From IMG/VR virus record IMGVR_UViG_3300016665_000619, positions 27,088 through 91,087 of that record: 64,000 nt of DNA; one strand, given 5' to 3'. The stretch is from a virus. Every line of letters starts with the position of its first letter. Position 1 is the first letter of the stretch. Position numbers and translations under genes: made by a program. The notes beneath the pieces were generated by a model. It had not been told where the DNA came from. It worked only from the letters and a program-made list of their open reading frames with translations, and did no database searches. Of this stretch, positions 1 to 9,612 are shown piece after piece.

Positions 1-1713
1 GTGCAGGGTGGCAAAGATGGTGCGGTTCCAGGAGTAGCCGTATTTGGCGGCGATGTTGTAATATCAGGCACACTTCACGGTGGCTCACCTCTTAAGGTCG
101 GTTCTCCGGCACAGTTCTTTGATGATGTTACCGCTTATTTGAAATTCCAGCAAGGTAATGACGTTTCGGCAACAGGAGATTATTCTCATGCACAAGGACA
201 ATATTCTTCGGCAGAGGGACTTGGTTCACATGCTGAAGGCGGCACTACTACGGCAAGTGGAATGTTTGCTCACGCCGAGGGAAGTCAGAATACAGCATCA
301 GGAGAAGCCTCACATGCAGAAGGCATGAGCACAACATCTTCTGCCAGCGGCTCTCATGCAGAAGGTCAAACAACTGTTGCATCCGGAGACTACTCTCACG
401 CAGAAGGAATGTTCACTTTTGCACTTGGAGAAGGATCGCACTCAGAAGGCATAGGAACAATTGCTTCTGGTTCAAATCAGCACGTTCAAGGAAAATACAA
501 TAAGAGAGATAATGATTTCTCCTTATTTGTGATTGGTGATGGAACTGGAGATGATGATTCTGACAGAGGAGATATCGTAAGAGTTAATTCTGGTTCTTCA
601 ATTGGAACAGGAAGAGTTGAAGTAACTGGTTCTCTTGTTGCTACTCTTGGATTAAGTGGATCACTTACAAAACTAAGCGACGGAACATCTTATCTAATTG
701 CTGGAAGCGGAACCAACATTGTCACCGGCTCTAATGGCTCTGTTACCATAAGTGCAACTGTTCAAGCAGCACCAACCTTACAACAAGCATATGACGCTGG
801 AATTGCAACAATTGCTGTTAATAATTTAACTGGATCACTTGTTTTAAGTGGTGGTTTGACACCTATTGGTTTGAATTTCCCTCCTCTTATAAGATTGGAG
901 CCTGGTAAAAATGGACCATACGCAACTAATTTTAGCGCAATTGACATATACGGTTATTCTGGTGGTTCAAGTGCTTCATTAGTTAATATAGGAACAGCAA
1001 ACTCCGTTGCTGGAGGTGCCCAACTTACATTAAGATCAACTGGCGGTTCCGTAAGCAAAATATCTTGGTTCTCTGGCGCAGGCGAACTTTATAACAGCAC
1101 AGGAAAATCTGAAATATATTATCAACCAGATCAAAGTTCATTAAAATTTTATGTTCAAGGCTCTGGAGAAAAAAATGTATTTGTAGATGGCAGTGGCGCT
1201 TCAGGAACTGCAAATGTAGCAGAATTTATAAACGCTACAGGAACTGGTGGCGGCACAGTTAGATTCTTCACAGGAGCCAATACTTTAAATGCAATAGTAT
1301 TGAACTCTGGCTCATTTGAACAATCTGGTTCATCCGTATTTAAAAATAAAGTTGAAGTAACTGGCTCATTATCTGTAAGTGGTTCCGGAGGAAGTAATGG
1401 AACTCTCACTCAATATAATGGACTTCGTTATTACCCGAAAATAGTAACATCTCTTCCATATACAGCATCTCTTAATGATTATATTATTGCTATAAGTGCA
1501 TCTGCTGGACCTGGCATAGAACTTCCAGCTTCAGAATTTGGCAGAACATTTATAGTTAAAGACGTATCTGGTTCTGCCGCCTTTGATTCAATTGTAGTAA
1601 CCGCTGCTGGAGGAGAACAAATAGACGGTTCTCCAAGCGCAACAATAGCTATTGATTATGGTTCTGCTAAATTTGTATATTTTGGTTCTGGAATAGGATG
1701 GGGTATAGTCTGA
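1..1713 (+). CDS. Tail fibre/adhesin-like virion protein with YadA/Hep-Hag-like repeats (probably 5'-truncated)
   Basis: About eight 14-aa repeats of SHAEGxxTxASG; Gly/Ser-rich; C-terminal GRTFIVKDVSG...QIDG...GWGIV fibre-type module. The ORF is open from base 1. Confidence 0.7.
   Translation: MQGGKDGAVPGVAVFGGDVVISGTLHGGSPLKVGSPAQFFDDVTAYLKFQQGNDVSATGDYSHAQGQYSSAEGLGSHAEGGTTTASGMFAHAEGSQNTASGEASHAEGMSTTSSASGSHAEGQTTVASGDYSHAEGMFTFALGEGSHSEGIGTIASGSNQHVQGKYNKRDNDFSLFVIGDGTGDDDSDRGDIVRVNSGSSIGTGRVEVTGSLVATLGLSGSLTKLSDGTSYLIAGSGTNIVTGSNGSVTISATVQAAPTLQQAYDAGIATIAVNNLTGSLVLSGGLTPIGLNFPPLIRLEPGKNGPYATNFSAIDIYGYSGGSSASLVNIGTANSVAGGAQLTLRSTGGSVSKISWFSGAGELYNSTGKSEIYYQPDQSSLKFYVQGSGEKNVFVDGSGASGTANVAEFINATGTGGGTVRFFTGANTLNAIVLNSGSFEQSGSSVFKNKVEVTGSLSVSGSGGSNGTLTQYNGLRYYPKIVTSLPYTASLNDYIIAISASAGPGIELPASEFGRTFIVKDVSGSAAFDSIVVTAAGGEQIDGSPSATIAIDYGSAKFVYFGSGIGWGIV
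175..492 (+). repeat. 42-bp (14-aa) degenerate coding repeat, (S/A)HA(E/Q)G-x2-T-x-ASG
   Basis: SHAQG, SSAEG, SHAEG, AHAEG, SHAEG, SHAEG, SHAEG, SHSEG recur at 14-residue spacing. Confidence 0.85.
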
Positions 1714-2714
1714 TGCAAATATTTTCTTATTTATCAAAGATTGCATCAAGTGGTTCTATCCTTGCTTGGGATGGAACCAAGATTGTTGCCTCCAAGGGTA
1801 TTGTTCATAACTCAGAAAAGGATGAGACGACCATTGGTGGCTCTTTATCCGTAGGCAATATTGTAAAAGCTTCTGGAGGCTTCCAAGGCTCATTAACAAA
1901 ATTAACTGACGGTTCTCCTTATATAGTAGCAGGAGACAATGTAACAGTTACTACAAGTTCAGCAGGTAGTTTGCATATATCTGCCGAAACCTCAAGCCCT
2001 GTTATTTGGAAATGGAACGAAAAAGACACGTCCCAATTTAATATAAGTTGCGATACAATCGGAACCGGCTCTATTGGAGTCGTCAATTCTTCTTGGGGCA
2101 AAATCTTAAGAGTTGATTTTAAACAAAAAACAAATTCTGGAGTTTTTATAATCAATATCAATGATATTGGCATTCCATTGGATGATCAAAACAGATTCAG
2201 ATATTTGTTAAGATTTAGACTTTGCAACTTCTCTGGAATAGCAAGAGAATGGAACGGCATAGGAGCTTCATTCCTTTCTAATGACGAATCCGATGAAGAC
2301 TATTATGGATTGGGAAATGTTTGTTTCTTTGGAAATCAAAACGTAAAGGCAATCAAGGTTGAGGCTGGTCAAGTAAAATATGGTAGTAATAATCCTCCAG
2401 GTCCAAAAGTTCCTCTTATTTCTCAATACGGAAGACCAATAACAAATTTTGAATTTGAAGTTTGTTCTTTGTTAACACGCAAATCAATTGGTTTCCAAAA
2501 CTCTTGGACCGTAAGAAATTCTCTAAATACAAATGCTGGTTCTTGTGGAGTTGATGATACGTATTATACTTCAGAATTTGGTCCATTTAGAGGAGAGTGG
2601 GCACAGCAAGATTTAGGTTCATGTGGTATTGTTATCTTCGCTGGAGAAGGAACAAGTCAAGCACATTTTGATATTGATAATATTGAAGTTATTAAGCATC
2701 CGATGGATTGGTGA
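1713..2714 (+). CDS. Hypothetical virion/fibre-associated protein
   Basis: TGATG overlap with the upstream stop supports a start at 1713; shares the GSLTKLxDGxxYxxAG module with ORF 1..1713. Confidence 0.6.
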   Translation: MQIFSYLSKIASSGSILAWDGTKIVASKGIVHNSEKDETTIGGSLSVGNIVKASGGFQGSLTKLTDGSPYIVAGDNVTVTTSSAGSLHISAETSSPVIWKWNEKDTSQFNISCDTIGTGSIGVVNSSWGKILRVDFKQKTNSGVFIININDIGIPLDDQNRFRYLLRFRLCNFSGIAREWNGIGASFLSNDESDEDYYGLGNVCFFGNQNVKAIKVEAGQVKYGSNNPPGPKVPLISQYGRPITNFEFEVCSLLTRKSIGFQNSWTVRNSLNTNAGSCGVDDTYYTSEFGPFRGEWAQQDLGSCGIVIFAGEGTSQAHFDIDNIEVIKHPMDW

Positions 2715-2718
2715 TTAA

Positions 2719-3717
2719 ATGTCTTTCGTTGGTAAACCACATATTAGCGGCGCCGTCTTTGTTTGGGACGGCGATAAGCTTTTAGCCGATAGAAAGGTTA
2801 TTAACCTACAAAATGCCTATGACAATGAGAGATTTGTTCAGTTGGCTGACACCATTTGCTTCATTGGCGACCCTCTCATTTCAGAGCCTAAACTTGATTT
2901 AGTTCATACTTCTCCATTTGAAGATGACGAAGGTTTAAGATTAACAACAAGTGAAACGGCTGGTGCAACTTGCTGGAAGCCAATCGTTGCTTACGATAAA
3001 AATGGCAACAAAGTTTTTGAAGTTGAAACCGATACAAATTCTTCAATTGTTGCAGTTAAATCAACAGATGTTGATGGTTATAGCGGTTATCAGTTCTTAA
3101 ATGAAATAGGAACATTTTTAGCGTTAGATACCACTTCATCGCCTACCAGTTTAAGAATACAGAAAGCTGGTGAAGGCTATATAGATTTTGGTGGAAGTGC
3201 ATATTCATCTCCAATATTGAGAATAGATACAAATAATACAGAACCGGCAGTCAACATAGGCAATTCAAATTCCAACAATATGTTAATTGTAAATGGCATT
3301 GATATAACGCCATACAGTTCAAAAATCATTATACCTATTGCTTCTGTTCAAAATCATGCTCTTTTTGATATTGCATCATTTCTTGACAATGATCAATATG
3401 CAACAGTTAATATTGACGTTCTTGCAAGCACAAATGATTTACAGCAGAATGACAAAAGAGCATTTAGTGCATGGAAGTTTTTCATTTCTTTATTTAAACA
3501 ATCTGATGCCATAACAGTTGTTAGTATTACTGAGTTAGACCAAAAAACTTTCTCTGGAGAAACTGCTACTGATGATCCTACTTCTTGGGACGTTAATATA
3601 ACTTCTGACGGTATTTTGTTTGCATATGGCAATGGTTCACAGCATAAAATTGCGTTTGCTGCCACAATTATAAAGATTTCTGTCATTGATATTCTTACCG
3701 GAAATATTATCAAATAA
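2719..3717 (+). CDS. Hypothetical virion protein
   Basis: 332-aa ORF; N-terminal VFVWDG and LQNAYD motifs resemble those in the two upstream proteins. Confidence 0.55.
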   Translation: MSFVGKPHISGAVFVWDGDKLLADRKVINLQNAYDNERFVQLADTICFIGDPLISEPKLDLVHTSPFEDDEGLRLTTSETAGATCWKPIVAYDKNGNKVFEVETDTNSSIVAVKSTDVDGYSGYQFLNEIGTFLALDTTSSPTSLRIQKAGEGYIDFGGSAYSSPILRIDTNNTEPAVNIGNSNSNNMLIVNGIDITPYSSKIIIPIASVQNHALFDIASFLDNDQYATVNIDVLASTNDLQQNDKRAFSAWKFFISLFKQSDAITVVSITELDQKTFSGETATDDPTSWDVNITSDGILFAYGNGSQHKIAFAATIIKISVIDILTGNIIK

Positions 3718-3754
3718 TATACATAGAATATCTGGATATTCCTGTTTAGGAAAT

Positions 3755-3833
3755 ATAATTATAATCGGGGTTCTCCTTACTTGGACTGAGATGGTTTCTT
3801 TCCAGTAAGGCACAGAACTATCCAAAACAGGAG
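3755..3833 (+). promoter_or_regulatory. Candidate late promoter (ATAATTA), 5' leader hairpin and Shine-Dalgarno
   Basis: ATAATTA at 3755-3761; hairpin GTTCT/AGAAC, CCTTAC/GTAAGG, TGGA/TCCA at 3770-3818; AGGAG at 3829-3833. Confidence 0.45.
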
Positions 3834-3844
3834 AATAATAATAT

Positions 3845-6800
3845 ATGTCAGTAATTAACACATCCGATATTTGGGGCTTTACGTCTCTAAATTACGGCTC
3901 AAACGGCTACAATGCAACTACACCTAACTCTGCAACTAATGCAGGTTACGTAAATCAAACACAATTAGTTGTTGTTTTGAATAGTGGCGTAACTGCGGCT
4001 GGAGTTGGTGTCGCTATCGGCGATTCTTTAGATATCGTCAGCGGCGCAAATAACCTAGTAGCGCAAATTATCGATATCGGTGTAACCGGTAGCGGTCTTG
4101 TTGTTCTTTGGTTAGAATTAACACCTGCTGATGCTTCATCATTAAACGTTCCTTTGAGCACAAATAATACTTTCAACATTGTCCCAGCAGGACAAGGCGG
4201 CGGAGCCTCCGTTGTAACCAAGAAGTTCGTTCAACAAAATGACGGAAATCTCGGCGGCAGCTTAACAGACCTCGTTGCAGATTCTATTCTTGTCAATGCT
4301 TCTGGCAGCATTGACATGGGTGGAAATCAAATCCACAACGTTGCAGAAGGTGTTGCACCTTCCGACGTAGTAGTCGTTTCTCAATTGGAAGCTTACGTTG
4401 CTGCTGAAATTTCGGCCGCAGACTCCGTAAACGACGCTGAAGTATCTGCTCTCGGAAGCAGAATGGATGACGCCGAAGCTGCTATTGACAATGAAGCATC
4501 TATTCGTCTTGCCGCTGATCAATCTCTTGAATCTGCTCTCTCTACAGAAGTAGCAGCTCGTGAAGCAGCAGTCTCCTCCGAGGCTTCCCTTCGTGAAGTA
4601 GCAGTCGCTTCTGTTGTAACAGTAATGGATGCAGCAGACGCTTCTCTCGCTGCTCTCATTTCTACAGAGGTTGTTGATCGTGCAGCAGCAGTTTCCACAG
4701 AAGCTTCCCTCCGTGTATCAGCAGTTGAATCTCTTGCATCAGTAGTTTCTACAGCAGATGCTTCCCTTGCTTCCGATCTCTCAACAGAGGTTGCAGCACG
4801 TGAAGCAGCAGTTTCTACAGAAGCTTCTCTTCGTGTAGCAGGCGATGCATCCGTTCTCGCAGCAGCAGAAGGATACACCGACCAAAAAATTGCTGACCTT
4901 GTTGATCAAGCCCCAGAACTCCTTGATACTCTCAATGAACTTGCTGCGGCTCTTGGCGACGATCCAAACTTCGCCACAACAGTTCTAAATGCAATCGCTT
5001 CCGAAGCCTCTCTTCGTGAAGCTGGCGATGCTTCTGTTATCGCTGTAATGGAAGCGGCAGACTCTGCTGAAGCTTCTCTCCGTGCGGCTGGTGATGCTTC
5101 CCTTGCATCAGCATACTCTACAGCAGACGCATCTCTTGCAGCACTTATTTCTACAGAAGTAGCAGCTCGTGAAACCGCAGTTTCCAATGAAGCGTCACTT
5201 CGTGCCGCAGCAGATGCTTCTATCGTAACTGTAATGGAGGCAGCAGACTCTGCCGAAGCTTCTCTTCGTGCAGCAGCAGACGAGTCCCTTACATCAGTTA
5301 TTTCCTCTGAAGCTTCCAGAGCACTTGCTGCTGAAACCTCTCTTAACTCTGCACTTACTTCCGAAATCTCCAGAGCACAATCTGCTGAAATTTCTTACTA
5401 TAATGCTGCTACTGATTATGCAGCATTGCTTTTCTCTGGAGAAGCTTCCTCTCGTGTAGCTGGTGATGAATCTCTTACAACACGTCTTGAAACAGAAGAA
5501 TCAAATCGTCTTGCAAATGATCAATCTCTTGCAGCACTTATCTCTGCTGAAGTTTCTAATCGTGCAGCAGACGTAGACGCAGAACAATCAAGAGCAGAAT
5601 CTGCTGAACTTTCTCTTACAACAAGACTCGCAGCAGAAGAATCTGCTCGTGCATCAGCAGTAACCGCTGAAGAATCAGCTCGTGTTGCAGGCGACTCCAC
5701 TCTTCAAGTAGCTATCGATGGAGAAGCTTCAACCCGTCTTGCAGCAGATCAATCCCTTGCTTCTGACCTTTCCTCTGAGACTTCTGCACGTGTTGCAGCA
5801 GTAGCAGCAGAAGAATCAGCTCGCATTGCAGGAGACGATTCTCTTACAACAAGACTTTCAACAGAAGAATCTGTTCGTGGTTCTGCAATCACAGCAGAAG
5901 CTTCTACACGTCTTGCTGCTGATCAATCTCTCAATACAGCACTTGAAGCTGAAATATCAGCACGTGCTTCAGAAATACTCGCTCTTGGCGACGTATATGT
6001 CAACGTTTCCGGCGATACAATGACCGGACAACTTACCCTTGACATCGTAGATGATCCAGACCTTGGTAAGACATACATCAACGCAGGCTACATCCGTATT
6101 GAAGATCCAAACGGTGGCGCAGCAATGCCAACAGCTCTTGCACACGTTGCAACAAAGGCATATGTTGATCAAGAAGTAGCATCAGAAGCTTCTCTTCGTC
6201 TTGTCGGCGACGAGTCTCTTGAAACTGAGCTTTCTACACAAATGTCTACAGAAGTATCTAACCGTATTGCCGGTGATGAATCTGTAGCTTCTGATCTCTC
6301 TGCATACATGACTTCTGAAACTTCAGAACGTATTGCAGGTGATTCTTCTCTTACAGTAGCACTTGCAGGCGTATACTCAATGCAAGTTGTCGCAGACAAC
6401 TCTCTTGCTTCCTCCATTGCAGCCGAACAATCTTCTCGTGAAGTTGCAGTTGATTCACTCTGGTCCGGACTTAGCACCGAAACCGGAGCACGTGAAACCG
6501 CTGACGCTTCTCTTGCAGCAGTAATCAGCTTCATCACATCAAACGTAGATCCAGCATCTATTGACTCTCTTACAGAGATCGTTGCTGCATTTGAAGCTGC
6601 CGATAGCACCATCAATGGCGCTATTACAGCTCTTGCATCATCAAATGCTGCTGCAATCTCCTCTGAAGCATCCCGTGCAACCGCAGCGGAAGAGTCTCTT
6701 AATACAGCTCTCTCTGCTGAAATCGTTGCTCGTGCTTCTGATGTAGATGCAGAAGAGTCCCGTGCTACAGCAGCCGAAGGTTCTCTTGCAACACTTATCT

Positions 6801-8224
6801 CTTCTGAAGAATCAGCACGCATTGCTGGAGACTCTTCTCTAACAGTTCGTCTTGCAGCAGAAGAATCTACCCGCCTTGCTGGTGACAACTCTCTTGCAGC
6901 AGAACTTTCTACACAAATGTCTTCCGAGACATCTTCACGTGTAGCTGGTGATGCATCCGTAGCTGCTGCACTTTCTGCTGAAGTTTCCAGAGCAGAAGCT
7001 GCTGAAGATTATCTTGATGGTCTAATCGCTGCTGAAACACAAAATCGCATTGACGGAGACAACTCTCTCGAGACAGCAATCTCTACAGAGCAAAACCGTG
7101 CAGAAACAGCAGAAATGTCTCTTGCAACAGCAATCTCCGCAGAAGCATCCGCACGCATTGTTGATGTAGACGCAGAAGAATCTCGTGCAATGGCAGCAGA
7201 AGCTTCTATCGCAGCAAATCTCTCCACAGAGATTGTTGATCGTGTAGCAGCAGTATCTGGCGAAGCATCCCTTCGCACAGCCGCTGACGCTTCCCTTGCA
7301 GCTCTTATCTCTACCGAAACATCTGCACGTATTGCAGACGTTGACGCAGAAGAATCCAGAGCAATGGTTGCAGAGGCTTCTCTTGGAACAGCAATCTCTG
7401 CTGAAGCTTCCACACGCCTTGCAGCAGATGATTCTCTTGCAGTTCGTGCAACCGATCTTGAAAACAACAAGTATGACAAGACCGGCGGTCTAATCTCCGG
7501 AAACGTTTGGGTTTCTAATGACGTAAACGTCTCTGGTTCTGTTAACGTTGCAGGTGGACTTGGTGTAGCTGATTACACAGCACTTCCAGGTGCTACATTT
7601 GATCCAGCAGGCGATATCGTCTTCTCACCAGTCAACGAATCAATGACAATCAACGTTGCACAAGGCGGATTGACAGTCAATGGTCCAATGAGTGCTGGAG
7701 ATGTTAGCTTTGGTAACATTATTGGCAGTGGCGATGTTACTGTTGTCGGAACCGGTTCATTCGGTCAAGGCGTATTCTCAAATGCTTCTATTGGCGATAA
7801 TCTTGATGTTGGAGCAAGCCTCAAGGTTGGTCCAAATCAACTTGAACTAGTTCCAGTAGCTACAGTTGTTGAAACTGCTGGTGCTAATGACAGCTTTGAT
7901 TTTGATGGAATGTTCGGTGATCTCTCTGGCTTCACCGGCATGGTCATGGCTAACTTCCAAGTTGTTGCAATGGACAGCGAAGATGTTGGTGCAGGTATGA
8001 CTGGTGAATACCGTGTATCAGCATTCTGCAATGGCGGTCTTATGACTGTCCTCTCCGTAGTAGAACTTGCACAAGACCTACTCGGTGGCGCAGACCTCGA
8101 TGTTAACTTCCTTACTGACGGTAAGGTAAGAGTAGCAAATGGCGCAAACGAAGCTGGCACATACAAGTGGCACCTTCAACGTGTCAAGATGGTCGCTGTC
8201 AACGCCCAAGGCGCTGTTAAGTGA
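3845..8224 (+). CDS. Long acidic coiled-coil fibre (tail/head fibre or whisker-like) protein
   Basis: About 1000 aa of ExxxR-x2-(A/G)D-x-SL repeats; tail-fibre motif APELLDTLNELAAALGDDPNFATT; YVNVSGDTMTG and KYDKTGG neck motifs; strong codon bias, SD and its own terminator. Confidence 0.75.
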   Translation: MSVINTSDIWGFTSLNYGSNGYNATTPNSATNAGYVNQTQLVVVLNSGVTAAGVGVAIGDSLDIVSGANNLVAQIIDIGVTGSGLVVLWLELTPADASSLNVPLSTNNTFNIVPAGQGGGASVVTKKFVQQNDGNLGGSLTDLVADSILVNASGSIDMGGNQIHNVAEGVAPSDVVVVSQLEAYVAAEISAADSVNDAEVSALGSRMDDAEAAIDNEASIRLAADQSLESALSTEVAAREAAVSSEASLREVAVASVVTVMDAADASLAALISTEVVDRAAAVSTEASLRVSAVESLASVVSTADASLASDLSTEVAAREAAVSTEASLRVAGDASVLAAAEGYTDQKIADLVDQAPELLDTLNELAAALGDDPNFATTVLNAIASEASLREAGDASVIAVMEAADSAEASLRAAGDASLASAYSTADASLAALISTEVAARETAVSNEASLRAAADASIVTVMEAADSAEASLRAAADESLTSVISSEASRALAAETSLNSALTSEISRAQSAEISYYNAATDYAALLFSGEASSRVAGDESLTTRLETEESNRLANDQSLAALISAEVSNRAADVDAEQSRAESAELSLTTRLAAEESARASAVTAEESARVAGDSTLQVAIDGEASTRLAADQSLASDLSSETSARVAAVAAEESARIAGDDSLTTRLSTEESVRGSAITAEASTRLAADQSLNTALEAEISARASEILALGDVYVNVSGDTMTGQLTLDIVDDPDLGKTYINAGYIRIEDPNGGAAMPTALAHVATKAYVDQEVASEASLRLVGDESLETELSTQMSTEVSNRIAGDESVASDLSAYMTSETSERIAGDSSLTVALAGVYSMQVVADNSLASSIAAEQSSREVAVDSLWSGLSTETGARETADASLAAVISFITSNVDPASIDSLTEIVAAFEAADSTINGAITALASSNAAAISSEASRATAAEESLNTALSAEIVARASDVDAEESRATAAEGSLATLISSEESARIAGDSSLTVRLAAEESTRLAGDNSLAAELSTQMSSETSSRVAGDASVAAALSAEVSRAEAAEDYLDGLIAAETQNRIDGDNSLETAISTEQNRAETAEMSLATAISAEASARIVDVDAEESRAMAAEASIAANLSTEIVDRVAAVSGEASLRTAADASLAALISTETSARIADVDAEESRAMVAEASLGTAISAEASTRLAADDSLAVRATDLENNKYDKTGGLISGNVWVSNDVNVSGSVNVAGGLGVADYTALPGATFDPAGDIVFSPVNESMTINVAQGGLTVNGPMSAGDVSFGNIIGSGDVTVVGTGSFGQGVFSNASIGDNLDVGASLKVGPNQLELVPVATVVETAGANDSFDFDGMFGDLSGFTGMVMANFQVVAMDSEDVGAGMTGEYRVSAFCNGGLMTVLSVVELAQDLLGGADLDVNFLTDGKVRVANGANEAGTYKWHLQRVKMVAVNAQGAVK
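4480..7470 (+). repeat. Degenerate coding repeat with 11/18/29-residue periodicity
   Basis: EASLR/EVAAR/EESAR units spaced 11, 18 or 29 aa apart; near-identical DNA blocks, e.g. TCTACAGAAGTAGCAGCTCGTGAA at 4541 and 5150. Confidence 0.85.
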
Positions 8225-8268
8225 TAATCCCGGCTATTAAGGTTAATCCTTAATAACTGAATAATCAG

Positions 8269-8303
8269 TATCGGGGGGTAGAAATACCCCCCGATATTTT
8301 TTT
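8269..8303 (+). terminator. Rho-independent terminator
   Basis: Perfect 12-bp stem TATCGGGGGGTA/TACCCCCCGATA, GAAA tetraloop, followed by T7. Confidence 0.95.
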
Positions 8304-8416
8304 GCTTACAATATATTGTGTATAATGTTATAAAGTTAATCTATATGTGGTGGTGTGGAACCCTACCAATTAGAAGAGGGTATATAACCTAACTCCTATC
8401 CCGTATACCATATGTC

Positions 8417-9595
8417 ATGGACAGACAAACGGTTAAAAACTTTATCCTCTCTAATGAGTTATTCCTTCTACCCCTACAATCCGTAAAGGACGGTCGTTGC
8501 ACATGTAATAATCCCGCATGTAGTTCTCCAGGCAAGCATCCACTCTTAAAGTATTCATGGAAGCACGTAGCCACTAATGACCCACAAAAGATTGAAAAGT
8601 GGTTAGGTATGGAGAATATAAACTATGGTGTAGCTACTGGAAGAAAGACCAGTAATGGGAACCGATTGTTTGTTATTGATATAGACGCCGAAGATCATCC
8701 CCTATTACGTTTAATGCCTTTAGAAACCTTCCATTATCGGACGGGTAGTGGTGGGTGGCATTTCTGGTTTCAGACGCCTTACAGCGTATCTAATAGCGCC
8801 AGTAAAGTAGCTCCACAGGTAGACGTGAGAGGATATGGAGGATATGTTGTTATCCCTCCCAGTCGTCATATCTCTGGCGGCGTATATACTGCTGACTTCG
8901 CAAATAACATACAGATTGCAAGCAAATATATTTTGGACTTGGTATTTTCTAAAGAGAAACGCACCAAGGAAGATAAAAAAATAAGGGAAGTTCAAAATTT
9001 AAATTTGGGCAACCTTATTTCTTCCGAAGAAAATAAAAATCTACAAGAATGGACCAAGGGATCCATTACTCAGATACGTAAGTGGTTAGTTGAAGGTAAA
9101 TATATTCCTAATGGCGCTCGTAACATAGTATTACACAGATTATTGTCATCAGATAGAGCCAAAGGTTTTAATCTTACAGAACTTAAAAAATCTGCTGCAA
9201 TATATCGTTCTCAATGTGTTAATGCAGATAACATTTCAGATAGAGAATTGACGGTATTAATTGGTCAAGTTATCAAATATCCAACTTATAACACTTCACA
9301 TGAGAAAGTTAATGAAGCTTTCTTTGATGCAATGAAGAGAGCAAAAAAACCTGTATCAGAAGACAAACAAGAACTTATAAAAGATTTGGATAGAAAGTTC
9401 TTTGATAGTCTTAAGAGAACCGACGAAGGAATGTCATTAACTTTGCTTATGGGAGAAAGAGACAAGCTGTTATCTACAAATCTGGATAAGTTCAGCAAAT
9501 ATCCAGCGCATTTGTTTGCAGCCAAGTTAAAGTCTCTTGGGTTTGAAAGATATAGAACAGCAAAAGGAAACTTTTGGAACTGTGTTATAATCTGA
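8417..9595 (+). CDS. Bifunctional DNA primase/polymerase (Prim-Pol, AEP superfamily) with PriCT-like C-terminus
   Basis: CTC-x3-C-x2-PGKHP, NYGVATG, VIDID, RTGSGGWH, VDVRGYGGYVVIPPSRH; GARN motif in the C-terminal region. Confidence 0.9.
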   Translation: MDRQTVKNFILSNELFLLPLQSVKDGRCTCNNPACSSPGKHPLLKYSWKHVATNDPQKIEKWLGMENINYGVATGRKTSNGNRLFVIDIDAEDHPLLRLMPLETFHYRTGSGGWHFWFQTPYSVSNSASKVAPQVDVRGYGGYVVIPPSRHISGGVYTADFANNIQIASKYILDLVFSKEKRTKEDKKIREVQNLNLGNLISSEENKNLQEWTKGSITQIRKWLVEGKYIPNGARNIVLHRLLSSDRAKGFNLTELKKSAAIYRSQCVNADNISDRELTVLIGQVIKYPTYNTSHEKVNEAFFDAMKRAKKPVSEDKQELIKDLDRKFFDSLKRTDEGMSLTLLMGERDKLLSTNLDKFSKYPAHLFAAKLKSLGFERYRTAKGNFWNCVII

Positions 9596-9612
9596 ACCAT
9601 ATTTAAAAGGGT

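Noticed and set aside
4480-7470. Repeats might be a CRISPR array
   Set aside because: They are degenerate, in-frame coding repeats with no constant repeat and unique spacer structure.
3955-8166. Several minus-strand ORFs of up to 239 aa opposite the coiled-coil gene
   Set aside because: Antisense shadows caused by the GCA/TCT/GAA codon bias; they mirror the repeat and have no SD or independent motifs.
3845-8224. Tape measure protein
   Set aside because: It has tail-fibre knuckle motifs and a beta-rich C-terminus, lies outside the tail operon, and its expression signals suggest high copy number; disfavoured but not strictly excluded.
8302-8334. Sigma70 promoter for the Prim-Pol gene (TTGCTT...TATAAT)
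   Set aside because: The spacing is only 13 nt and the alternative pairings are weak; not supportable.
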